Positions 38,736 to 50,920 of a stretch of DNA of 64,000 nucleotides are shown in pieces (position 1 is the stretch's first letter; each line of letters opens with the position of its first letter). The translations under genes and the position numbers were made by a program. The notes under the pieces are model-generated. The model was not told the DNA's origin. It saw only the letters and a list, made by a program, of their open reading frames with translations, and searched no databases. The DNA is from Sminthopsis crassicaudata (Eukaryota), in contig NC_133622.1 in NCBI RefSeq assembly GCF_048593235.1, positions 179,738,001 to 179,802,000 of the forward strand, in the 5' to 3' direction.

Positions 38736-39389
38736 GGAGAGAGAAAGAGAAGGGGGGAGATAGGGGGGGAGATAAAGGGGGAGGGGCCAGAGAGGAGGAG
38801 GGAAAGGGAGGAGGGAGGAAAGGGGAGGGGGAAGAAGGGAAGGAGGAGGACAGAGAAAGGGCATTATGGCAGTAAGGATAGGAAGAATAAGCTGATACGG
38901 CAGTAGCCCTACAAAGTTGACTTGAGAAAGCTTTGTGGGCAAAGGAAGCTTGAAAGCAGCTGTCACTCAAACCTCTCCTGGAATTTGGTTTTCTACTTCT
39001 CGAGCTAATTTTTTGGTGAGGTAGAAGAAGACTTTCTTTGAAAACAAAAGCTTTACCTAAATATTTTTCCCCTTTGACTTCACAGTCATTTTGTAAAGAG
39101 CCTCCTCAATCTTTGTCCTCCAGACTGAGCCCACTTTGATATTATATTGTGTATGACAGCTGTCTCGATCTACTTAGCTGTCTCCTATATGTACCTCACA
39201 TTCCATGTGGGGAAAGATCATGTTTTATTGAATTACTTTTCATTTCTCCCAGGCTCCAAAGAATAGTACTATGCTCTCCTAAAGCTGACACTTAAGAAAC
39301 GTTCAATCACCCACCACTACCACCATTCCCATTCCAAGGACCCCTCAGAGTTTATAAAGCTCTTTACCCATAGTCTCTCATTTATACCT

Positions 39390-39890
39390 CAAAACAACTC
39401 TATAAACTAAGTGCTCTAGGCTTTATTATTATTTGTAGATTATGGAGCAGAAACTGAGGCTCAAAGAAATGAGGAGACTTGCTGAGAGTCACAAACCTAA
39501 TCTATGCTGGAGGCAGCATTCAAACTCAGAACATTGACTTCCAACCAAGGGCTCCCTGTCTACTTTAACCATATGGCTTCTGAAATGGATCAAGGACCTA
39601 GATTTGGGTGTGCTTGCCATTGATAAAATTCATGAGTCTCAGCCTTCTGAGAGAGTCTAGATGCCAACCTGCCTTCAAGGATTCACTGGAGAGCAACAAG
39701 AAGCTTCTTAGGATGGAAATAAAAATGTGTCAATGGGGCAAGAGGAAAAAATGTTCAACTTGGCATCAGTATAGCTGTGTTCATTCAACTGGTTCTGGCA
39801 CTTAACTGCCCATGAGGTTCTGGCAAACTTTTCTGGGCCTTAGGGAGTTGAACCAAATGATTTCATGTGCCCTTCTAGTTCCAGACCTTC
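39390..39890. mobile_element. MIR fragments (minus strand about 39390-39570, plus strand about 39740-39890)
   Basis: gaaactgaggctcaaagaaatgaggagacttgctgagagtcac. Confidence 0.55.
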
Positions 39891-41058
39891 TGCCTCAGTT
39901 CAAACTCCCAGAAATACGACAAACTGTTTTCTGAGAAGATGCTGAGACCACCTCTTCCCCTATTCACAGCTTCTAGTGGGAGTGGCTCATAAAGAACAGT
40001 GACATCTCTATCCTAATCTATATTGGAGCCATTACTAAATAAAGATCCTGAATATACAACAGTGTCTGAGGACATTGCTTCTGTACTCTCAGAGCTTCCT
40101 TAAGCTGACTCTCTCCCAAAAACATGCTTTTATAAGAATTAATTGCAAGGTGATCAAGAAAGAGTAAATCTAACCTATAAAATGCCAACATCAAGGAAAG
40201 GCATTTTTAAAAATAAGAGGATTACCTTCTTTAAATAATAGTTTATCATTTTAAGTGGATGTCATTTATCTAAAAGATAAATCTAAAAGAGAAGGCACTA
40301 TTATTATTTTACCACAAATTAGTCAAGTTCTCAGGAAAGGCACATGATAATTTACTTTAACAGGTAGAAGATATTTCTTTTAAAATGAATAAAAGTTAAC
40401 AATGAAAAACCTTTGACACATGAATATCAGTTATTTTTGAAATCCCGATAGTCCAAGGCACCATGCTCTTAAGGTGTATTCTATAAATCCTTAGAAAAAC
40501 TTTGCAGATGTAGTTCCCAACCACTATGATGTCATAAAACATCACAAAAGTACATGAAGGTAATAGACTAGGCAACAGTTAATTATACATTATCTATAGT
40601 GCCTTAAAATTATAACAAGTCCCTTTAATGAACTTATCTGCCTTCCCCTTCCTAATCTAGGTTCTTTTTCAAAAAATAAGTTCAATACATAAATATTCAG
40701 TCAAAGAAAAAAGCAGAAAAACTGTGTATCTCAAAAAAATCTTATATTTCCCCTCAACTTGAAAAATCAAAATATTAACAACGTTAAAAGAAACCCTACT
40801 TCTGCTAAAAATTAATAGGAAGATGAATAAAACTTAATAAAGAGTAAAAAACAGTTTTTATTTTCTAATTTCCATTAGCACATGTGGAAAAGAGCACTGT
40901 GCAAGTATGAATTTCATTATTGACAAACCAAATCTAGATAAGTAACCGTTGTCAATGCCTGACATTTCAAAGATTTCCTTGAAATCTAGTTTGGGAGCTC
41001 CAAAAATTTGTTGTAATTGCCAATAATATTTATAGCACTGAATGCTGTGGTAAAAAAG

Positions 41059-41078
41059 ATGCAAATTTGGATTTGCAT
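41059..41078. promoter_or_regulatory. Inverted pair of perfect octamer motifs (ATGCAAAT-TTGG-ATTTGCAT)
   Basis: Read directly; the POU-binding octamer consensus is established, binding here is untested. Confidence 0.4.
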
Positions 41079-41127
41079 TGCCGTTTTCCTTTTTAACAAA
41101 CAAAACACTCTATTTTTACTAACTTAC

Positions 41128-41203
41128 CTTCCGCCCATCACTTGCATGGCAATTCACATTTAGAGGTGTCAGTAAAGCCATCAGTTTCTCTTCATTACCA
41201 CTC
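41128..41203 (-). CDS. TNKS: TNKS coding exon (about exon 5), 76 nt: [25 protein letters not shown]
   Basis: Acceptor TTTTATTTTTTAG; donor AAG|GTAAGT. Confidence 0.97.
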
Positions 41204-42003
41204 CTAAAAAATAAAATCAATCAATAAAAAATAGTTTCATATAGCCACATACTCTTATTCCTTACACTAAAATCTCTATTTGCTATTATCTCTTTCACAT
41301 GAATCCGGATTACTGATATTTTCCAATGTCATCAGTATTTTTCCAAATAATCACTCTCATTCTTCCTATTCCAGGATGTCCTAATAGAGCCTTGGGCTCC
41401 GGGCACCTCCGTCATAGACCTACACAAAGCCATTTTCTTGATGATCAAAATGAACTTCATACTGCTATCATGTGACCAATAGCATTAGAGCTAGAAAAAT
41501 AAATAAAATGCTATGAAAAGGAAAAAGCTAATAGTTAAATTTTAAAAGCTCTAAAAAACAAAAAAGAGAAAGAAAGATTTTTTTCTGACTGAATATTTGC
41601 CATATACTTGCTACTCTGGCTTTCTTTGGAAAAAAATCTCAAAGAAAAACATCCTGAAAATAAAGCTTTAAGACATAGGAATTAACAAAAACATGTTCTT
41701 AATATACTATTTAGTTCTAAAAACCTAGGGATCTTAGAGGTATGAGGCTTCCTGGCACTATCTTATAAACCAATCTAATTAATAATGCTTATAACCAACA
41801 CCATAATGAAAGATAATTTCATTAACCATCCTTACACCCATTTATAACAAAGACAAAATCTTCAGAGCTGTACTGGCCAATCTAACCACATTATCTCATA
41901 CGGTCAAAGCAAGACAGTGATAACATAACATGTATACAGTTCCCCCACCCCCTTCTTCCTTTCAAATGCATTGTACTTACTTAAATTGAATGAAATCACT
42001 TAC

Positions 42004-42040
42004 CTAGCAGCTTCTAGGAGTTCGTCCTTCTTGTATTCAC
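42004..42040 (-). CDS. TNKS: TNKS coding exon (about exon 4), 37 nt: (G)EYKKDELLEAA(R)
   Basis: Acceptor CATCTAG with a TGCTAAC branch-like motif about 28 nt upstream; donor TAG|GTAAGT. Confidence 0.96.
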
Positions 42041-42062
42041 CTAGATGATTGCAAAATATCAT

Positions 42063-42850
42063 GCTGTTAGCATTTGGCAGAAGACAGATGAAGAAATGCA
42101 GCAGGCAGCAAATACAGAATTAAACAGAGGAAGAACGGGGAAAAAAAAAAAAAAAAAGAGCCCACACCCCGCTGGGTGATGGAGCCGTGACGTGAGCCAG
42201 CTTGTGAAGCAGGCAGCATCACCAGTGCCTTGGAGACCGGCAGCAAATTGACGCAGCTTCTTGTCCAATCCTCCGATGAAATGGCTTGCTTCAGACAACC
42301 AATGAATGTGCAATCTTGGATCCAGAAACACATTCCCCTCTACTAACAGCAGGCCAGCGGAAGACAATGTCCCTTCCCCCCCCCTCCCTTATTCAGACTG
42401 TCACACTAGACTCGTGGAGCATAATCAATTCTGAAGCAAAAGCCAAACACAGTGCGGCTCTTTAAAGGGACAAAATATAACCGTCTTTGAAACACTCCCT
42501 TCCTCATCCCCCTCCAAAATACACTCCTGATTTATTTAGAAGGACAAAGAAAGTTTGTTTTTAAGGTGGTTATTATTACTCTGTAACTATCCATGTTGGG
42601 GCTTCACAGTCCTTAAATAAACTGCAAATAGAAGAAGCAGAGATGTCTCGCCTTCATAGAGAGAGGATGGGTCTGTAGGAAAAAATCCAGGGAAACATGC
42701 ACAGAATGGGATGACCCTTTTATAAGGCAGCGCTCCCTCACATCAGCAAACACAGGGAAATGCTTGGTATATGGCACCAAATGTCCTTTGCTTCCAGAGT
42801 TCTAATAGAGGATTTAGCACAATCTGGGGGTGGGCGTGGGCAATCCTTTA
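42063..42850 (-). promoter_or_regulatory. Candidate internal (alternative) TNKS promoter
   Basis: About 11 CpG in 42136-42483 in an otherwise CpG-poor window. CCAAT at 42265 and 42299; TGACGTGA at 42188; TGACGCA at 42249; minus-strand TATAAAAG at 42717-42724; GC/GT boxes at 42826-42840; no recognisable repeat. Function is inferred. Confidence 0.55.
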
Positions 42851-45800
42851 ACAAACTCAACCCAAATAAAAGCAGAGTATTCTATTACCTGGGCAGGAAC
42901 CAAAGCCTTCCAGTTGAGAGATTCTGGTCTAGTTTTTTGGTTTTTTTTTTTTTTTTTAATTATTACATATAAAAGACTGGATTTTTGAATTCACCATAAT
43001 AATTTTAGCAAATCAATAGCCAAATTGTTTAGGGACTCAAAATACCAGGTTTCTTTTGTAATGTCAAGTGAAGGACAAAGGATTTTTAAAAAATGTATCA
43101 CTTGAAAAATGAGAGACTAACCTGTGACTCAGCATTAATACATTGCCTCAGTTTGTTACATCATTAAAACAAAAATAATTCTCCCAAAGACAGTAAATAT
43201 ATGGAAGCATTTTAAAAATTCACTTTACAAAAGAAAAAGTCAGCAGAAGCAAAGGGTTTATTCTAAAAAAAAAAAAAAATTACATCAAACAGAAGTTAGT
43301 TTAAAATACGTAACCATTTACCTACAGACTTATTCCATGTTTTGCTCTGGGACTATAGCAAGAGAGCCCCACCCACTAGCCATACATCTGTACCTGGCTC
43401 TGTGTTGCCACTAGACCAAAATTAATTTAACATTAAGGAACCCTAACTATAGGCTTTCATATTTTTTAAAGAGTAGTATTAAAATCATTTAAATTTACAA
43501 TTTGATGTAGTGTGCCCAGACAGATCCAGATTCAAGAATGGACTAGACGAGGACAGATCACTTCAATAACATGATACAAGTTTCAAATCTGGCCACTAGT
43601 ACCTACTAGCTAAGTTCATAAGGAAGAACAGCTTTGTTATAAGGACACAAATGCATGATCACAAAAACTCAATCAACTAATTCATGTAGTCTTGATGTAG
43701 GTCTACAGGTGGATTTGAGTTAGTCCTTGAACTAGAATGGGAAAATATTTTTTTATTTGTTTCAATATAACTGAATAATGTTTTATTTTATGCATTTAAA
43801 ACTCAGTTTGGGAAGGGTTCCACATGTTTTACCAAACTGCAAAAAGAGTCCAAGACAAAAAAAAAAAAAAAAAAAAGAAAAGATTGAGAATTAAGAATTT
43901 GATCCAGCCCAATATCATCATTCTATAGATGAGGAACTTGACATCCCAAAAAGGAATATGGACTGCTTAAAAAGTACCACATATATTAAGATGTTAGTAT
44001 TTGAACTCACTTGCCCAATGTTATAAACTGCATAAATTAAAAGATCCTTCTTGAAAACCAGACACAAATTTAATGAAGCAGTAAGGCCTGATGTGAAATG
44101 TAATTATTTGAAACCTACAATCTAAAGTTGTTTTAAGAATTGAAGGCTTCAGCTGACAAATGCTAGAGGGATACAGCTAAATCCATCTTAATTTCTAGGA
44201 TATATGTAATGCTAATATAAAATACAGCAAAATTATGAATACAACACAACATAGGATATTCACTTCCATGCTATAAGTGCTTGTGTTCGTTTTGCAGTAA
44301 AAAGAGATTTAAAAATCCCTTTTAGCTTACCATAACCTGGATTGTAAGCTAAGCTGATAATGACATCATTAGATATGAAATGGGTCCCAAAGAATGAATG
44401 GGAGGGAACAAGAGTGTGTACCTGTAAATCCTGGCATCACCTAAGATACTGGATCTCCTAATTCATACAATTTTATTTAGAAGCTCCATCTAAAACATCC
44501 ATTCTAATGTCTCAATCTACACACTAAGTACTATACAGTACTACGTATGTATATACATACTGTACATAATAGCATATACAGCTGTTGTTTTTAAATAAGC
44601 AAGCAAAAACCCTCTAAATTTTCACAGAAATCCACAACTGTGTGCACACAAAAGACATAGGTGTTAAAATGACTCTTTGTTCATTGTCTTCTGTGCTCTG
44701 GTTTTTAATCAGTATCTGCAATATATTCTAACATCCACTATCTGGTGCTCAAGGACCACCATCTATAAACAGCAAGAATTATTTTTCACATATACCTCTT
44801 CAGGAACCAGGAACATAATGAATTCAAAGCTTCATATAACACTGACAACAAATCTGAACAACTTATTTTTAATCATTCAACCTCCAGCTTTTTCCTATTT
44901 GCTGAGGATCTGAAAATATTCTGGCTCTGATGCTCTGTGGAACTATATTCTATAATAATACACAGATAAAAATTTGCAATAGATCAGCCAGGGAGGAAAC
45001 TGGCAATTACAATCAAGATAATAGCATACAGAAATGATGAGAATAAATGGGTTAAAATATTTTTTATTTGATTAAAAAAACTAAGTGGAATTTTTAAAAA
45101 TGAGCACCCATCCCCCAAAAAGATTGTAATTTCCTATGTTAATTCTCCAAAAAGTTTTGAACTACTTTTATTGCTCCTTACAAATGACAAAATAGAGGTG
45201 AAAGAAACTGTATATTTATTTCTTCTGCAATCCAACAAGTATTTCTTACAAATCACACAGTCTGTCTTCAAGGAGTTTCCATTCTTCTGAGTGAACATGT
45301 GCAGAGAGATGTGCATACTCAATGTAAATAGAAGAAATGCAACATAATGGAAGGGAGGAGGAAGCTGAAAGAAAAACTGTACTAACTGAGGACATTTAAA
45401 AAAAAACGAAAAAAACCCAACTTATTGGTCAGGGACCCTGAACTTGGCACTGAAGGGAGGCAGTTAAGAAAGCCTTCCAGGAATGAGGGGCAGTCAAAGC
45501 AAAAGGCTGCTGGGTTGAGAAGAAACACTGAAAATAAGGGGACCTATTCAACCTGAACAGAGTGTACATATCGGTGTTTGAAAGGAATCAGGAGGGTCAA
45601 TAAAAGACAAATTTATAAAGATGAGGTGCCAAAATTTTCTTTTGACTCTGTGTACATTTGGGAATGAATATGAAGAATACAGAGAGGCAAGAGAAAACTC
45701 ATGAAGAATTGATGATGATGAATAAATCAAGCGGTATCAGGAAAGTAATAAATATAATATCAACAAAAACTTAAAAACCCAGAAAACAAACCGCATATTC

Positions 45801-45899
45801 AGAAATTACAATGACTAAGCCTGGCAACAAAGGGAGAAGAGAAAATGCAGAGAGGGACAATGTTGCTATGGGACTCTAAAACGAATGCTCATGGTGAGA

Positions 45900-46130
45900 G
45901 ACATCATGACACAAGATAAAAGTGCTGATTTAGAGTCAAAAATATTGGTTTAAAATAAGCCTCAAACGTTTACCAATTTGTATTAACCCTGGAAAGTCAC
46001 TTAACTTCTTATCCTCAGATTCCTAACTGGAAAAATGGGGATAATAACAGCTCTCCAACAGGTTCATTGTAAGAATTAAATGAGATAATATATGTAATGA
46101 GTTTTTCAAGCCTCAAGGTACTATATAAAT
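45900..46130 (+). mobile_element. MIR
   Basis: aagtcacttaacttcttatcctcagattcctaactggaaaaatggggataataac. Confidence 0.7.
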
Positions 46131-46939
46131 TTTATTTATTATTCCTTTTATTGGTTTCTCCCCTTTTAGGTATGTAGGGGAGTGGGAGATATTCAGAAAT
46201 AAAACAGACTAACAAAATATATCAATTAAATCCCTTTAAAAATAACTTAAAATTTGAATTTCCTTAACTGTCATAATCAAAATAATTACACTAAAATAAC
46301 TTATTACATATTATTTTTAAAGACTCAAGCAGAAGAGACTGAAAATAAATAAGCACTTAGAACATGAAACAGAAAATGTGACTACTGATCTCATTTTTGA
46401 AATTTTTTTGCCTTTTCTTTGAATATTTTTCATTATTTTTCTGAAGCGGGGGAAAAAAAACAACTGTACTTAAGAATCAATAGATAGTAAGAACAAACAC
46501 TGGCTCTAACCCAGGTGGATAAGCTCAGTCAGGTCAGTCTCCTAATTTCATTCTCTCATCCTAAATAGATAGAGTTAACCTCATCTTAGAGGGTGGTTTG
46601 AATTATGGGTTATCTTAATGTTAAAATCTAACAAAAATGTGAGATTTACAAATAACTAAAAATGATATTGCTGTTTCAGTAAAACAGGGTGAAGTATTTT
46701 GGACTTAGAATTCTAGATTTGGAAAGGAGTAAACTAGAAGACACTTTCCTCTTTTTAAGGAAGCTCAAGGTCTCCCTTTTATACCATCCAGAGAAGGTAC
46801 AATTGATCACTGAAATGAGGCACAAACTGGAGAACCTGACCAGAATTAGACTCTACATATATAGCCCACTTGCCCATTAGCAACCATTCAAATACCAGCA
46901 GAAAATCACTCCTTATAGACAGTGATGACTTTTTTCCCA

Positions 46940-47390
46940 ATCAATCAATAAACATTTATTAAATATCTACTAAGTCTCAGGCACTGTGCTAAGTGCTGGG
47001 GATATAAAAAGAGGCAAAAAAAATAGTCCTGGTCCTCAAGAAGCTCACAATTACTGGAGGAGACATACAAGTACAAACAAACAAATTATATACAGGATAA
47101 TTAGGAAATCTCAGAAAAGTTGAGATTTTAGTTAAGATTTAAAGGAAGCCAGGGAAATAAGCAGGTAGATGAGAATAGAGAATGTTCCAAACATGGAAAA
47201 GTCAGAGAAAATGCCTGTAGCCAAGAGATGGGAGAGTCTTGTTCATGAAGGAGTGTCTTGAAAACAAAGAGAACAGATTATCAAGGAGGAAAGGATGATC
47301 AACAGTGTCAAAGTTTGCAAAGAGGTCAAGGATACTCAAGTATTGAGAAAAGGCCATTGGATTTGGCAATTAAAAGATCACTAGTAACTT
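46940..47390 (-). mobile_element. L2 3' end
   Basis: caatcaatcaataaacatttattaaat...ggcactgtgctaagtgctgggg. Confidence 0.75.
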
Positions 47391-48700
47391 TATAGCTGCA
47401 AGTGCTAGGGAACACAGGAGACAACCTACAATAAAGAGAATTCACTGGGGTCTGCTGTCTCACATCTCACATTTGTGTTTTATACATGTGTATTGCTGAT
47501 GGCTATCCAACCAATGTAAAGCACAAAGCTTTTTACTTCCTCCTAAAAGTTTCAACAGCTAGATTTAAGTTTATATAAGTTAAAAGTCCTCAACCAGGAA
47601 AGCTCATTTGGCTTTAATAACAAGTTAGGCAATCAAGACAATAAATAATTAAGTACCTATTAAGTGCCAGGCACTGTGCTAAATGCAGAGCATATAAAGA
47701 CAAGGGAGTCCCTCTGCTCTCAAGGAACTCTTTTAGTGAGATGATGTGCCAAAAAAAAAAAAAAAAGTACAAATACAGCACAGATAGGAAGAATTGGAAC
47801 TAGTAAACAGAGATCTGGATAAGAGATCTTAGATGCTGACTGTCCCCCACTGATTATCGACCATGGTCATGGGATCACAGACTGAGCTAGAGGAGAGAGG
47901 GAAGTAACTGATGACAACTTCCTTATTTTACAAAGTGAAGACAGAGGCACAGAAAGTTTAAAGAACTTCCCTGGGGTCACATAGCTAGTATCAGAGGCAA
48001 GATGTCATCTCAGGACTTTCTACTATTCTCTCCACCACTTGACCAATTCAAAGATGTAAAACAATTTTTAATAAGAATGATTTGTTTACTCATGTTTGTC
48101 ATAGGCAAACAAATAAGCTTTCACTTTATTTTGCTAAAACCAGATTTCCTCTTCATTTTCTGATTCCCAGTTCTAAGATATACCCTATCCTTCACCTTCG
48201 GGGGGGGGGGGCCTTTGGAAGTCAACTTCCTCCATTACTATGGAAACCCTTATAGTGCTACCTAATATAGGTGTCACCAACATTTAGCAAATTATCTGGC
48301 ACAGAGTAAGCACTTAATAAATGCTCTAAGACTTAGGAGTTATTGAATTACTTTTGCTCTTCGGGCATATAACATTTACAATCAGTAGTCAGGAAAATAT
48401 GAGTCAAAATTCAGCTTTAAATAGCTAATTGACTCTAGGAAAATCCTTAACAACTCTGTGAATCAGTTTCCTCATCTGTAAGAGATAACAATAGTACTAT
48501 CTCCTAAACTTGTTGCAAAGATCAAATGAGTTAACATGCAAACACTGCAAACCTTAAAGGCCATAATAGATATAACTAAGTCAAAAAATCTCCAGTGCTT
48601 CACCTTCCTCCAGCTTGCATATGGCCTTGCATATATACATATCATCTTAATGCCTTACATGTGAACACAACTGATATAATGACTATCTGTAATTTCAGAT

Positions 48701-48940
48701 GGCACCTAGGTGATGCAGTGGATAAAGTGCCAACTGGGAAGCAGAAAGACTCATCTTCCTGAGTTCAAATCTGGCCACAAAAACTTACTAGCTGTGCGAT
48801 CCTGGGCAAGTCACTTAACCCTGTTTGTCTCAGTTTCTTCATTTATAAAATGAGGTGGAGAAGAAAATGACAACCACTCCAGCATCTTTGCCAAGAAAAC
48901 CCTAAATGGAGTTTCAAAGAGTCCTGACTGAACAACAACA
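48701..48940 (+). mobile_element. MAR1-type CORE SINE, near full length
   Basis: CORE head and ...gccaagaaaaccctaaatgg...gactgaacaacaaca tail; possible 9-bp TSD taatt(t/c)cag. Confidence 0.75.
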
Positions 48941-49858
48941 TAATTCCAGTTATGGTGGACTGTCAACTTTTAAGGACATTCCTGGTCTTCAAAGCTCTGC
49001 TTAAGTACCATTCTTTTCCTAATCCCTCCAGTTACTAATTGTCATGCTCTCCCCTCACAAAAACATTTTGTTTGTGCACTATAAATATACTTGGTATCTT
49101 CTTATATGTACTCATATTGATTTTACTTCTTATCCCCTTTGAATGTAAACTCAAAGACAAGCAATATCTTGGTTTCACCTCAGTAATTCAAGTGCCAAAT
49201 TTGGCCCACAGCAGATACTTAAATAAGAACACTTGGCTATGAATCTTAACTATTTTAGTATTTACCCACAGACATTAAGAAACTTAAAGTCACAATAACC
49301 TTCCAGAAACAACATGGTACAAAAGACAAAGTACAGACCTCAAATGTAGTTTACCTGGCTTTGGTGTCTTAACCTCTGAGAAATGACCTAGATCATTTCC
49401 ATTTGTTTGAACTCTATGATTCCACAAAGTAAACTTTAATTGAATATATCTAGAGAGAGACTTTTTTACATCAACAATATGTGTTAGGTACTCAAACAAA
49501 TAGCTTTTTCACCACTTATATGGTGACTCTGAAGTAGATTACAATGCAAAGAACATTGGAATCAGAAGTAGATAAATTGGTTTTGAAAAACCAAGTCACA
49601 CGAGGAAGTCTCCATTTCTCCAATTCTAAAAAGAGAGGATTAGACTAAAGTCCCAGTCTGACCTATGAACTATATGTTTTGATCAAACTCAGTCACTTGT
49701 ACTTCCACAGACCTTCCTTGCTTTTGCTCATTCTATCCCCTCTTCTATATAGCGTTATACATCCCTGCGTGCTGCCATCCCTTTCCATCTCTTCCAGGAG
49801 TCCTGCTCTAATAGGCCCTGCTAGGAGGAAGTAGATCTGAATTCAGAATGTAATTTGG

Positions 49859-50407
49859 TGACCAGCAGGATGATTTCAGAAAGGCTTGGAGAGACTGACA
49901 TGAACTGAAGCTGAGTGAAATGAGCAGGACCAGGAGATCATTATACACTTCAACAATACAATATGATGATCAATTCTGATGGATGTGGCCATCTTCAACA
50001 ATGAGATGAAACAAATCAGTTCCAATTGAACAGTAATGAATTGAACCAGATACACCCAGTGAAAGAACTCAGGAAAATGAGTATGAACCACTACATAACA
50101 TTTCCCATTCCTCTTATTTCTGTCTGCCTGCATTTTTTGATTTATTTCACAGGTTACTGGTACACTATTTCAAAGTCCGATTCTTCTTGTACAGCAAAAT
50201 AACTGTATGGACATGTACACATATATTGTATTTAATTTATATTTTAACATATTTAACATGTATTGGTCTACCTGCCCCATCAGGGGGAGTGGGTGTTGGG
50301 AAGCAGGGGAAAAATTGGAACAAAAGGTTTTGCAATTGTCAATGCTGAAAAATTACCCATGCATATATCTTGTAAATAAAAAGCTATGATAATAATAATA
50401 AAAAAAA
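49859..50407 (+). mobile_element. 5'-truncated L1 3' end
   Basis: 12-bp TSD aatgtaatttgg at 49847-49858 and 50410-50421; AATAAA and A-rich tail. Confidence 0.9.
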
Positions 50408-50629
50408 GAAATGTAATTTGGGTACTATCTACTTGATCTTGAGAAAGAGATCTCTGTGGACCCCAATTTCCTCATGTATAAAAGAGTAAACTAAGTTCAA
50501 ATTTCATAGATCTATATCAGAGACTTAAAGAGTCAAAAGATATTCGTACTTCAGAGTTCATAAGGTCTGCCCTGCCCTGAATAAGGACTCTTTTCTACAG
50601 TATGCTCAGTAAGTCATCATCCAGAATTT

Positions 50630-50920
50630 GCTAAAAGAGCTCCACCAAAAGAGGAAATCCATACCAGTCTGTCTGGGAAGTTGGTTTGTTTCTTCCTTCC
50701 TTCTCTTACCCAGTATTGGGCCTCATTCTAACTTGTCACAACTTGTACCCATTGCTCCAAGTTTGGCACACTCAAGTCAAGAATAATCATCGTATTCTGC
50801 CTTTTTGTAACAGTTGTTTAACTATTTGAAGAAAAATTATACTATCCCTTCTTTAAGTTTTCTCTTCTTCACACTAACCCCTTCTAGTTCCATCCATTTA
50901 GATCCTTTGATGAATTAAAT
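50630..50920 (-). mobile_element. L3/CR1 fragment
   Basis: Reverse CR1 3' sequence (cttcaggtcatcc-like; ttttctcttcttcacactaaccccttc). Confidence 0.4.

Noticed and set aside
38418-38970. ORFs of 105-182 aa spanning the N run
   Set aside because: These are artefacts of the assembly gap and the purine-rich tract.
42715-42727. CArG (SRF) box
   Set aside because: There are eight A/T bases between CC and GG rather than six, so it is kept only as a TATA-like motif.
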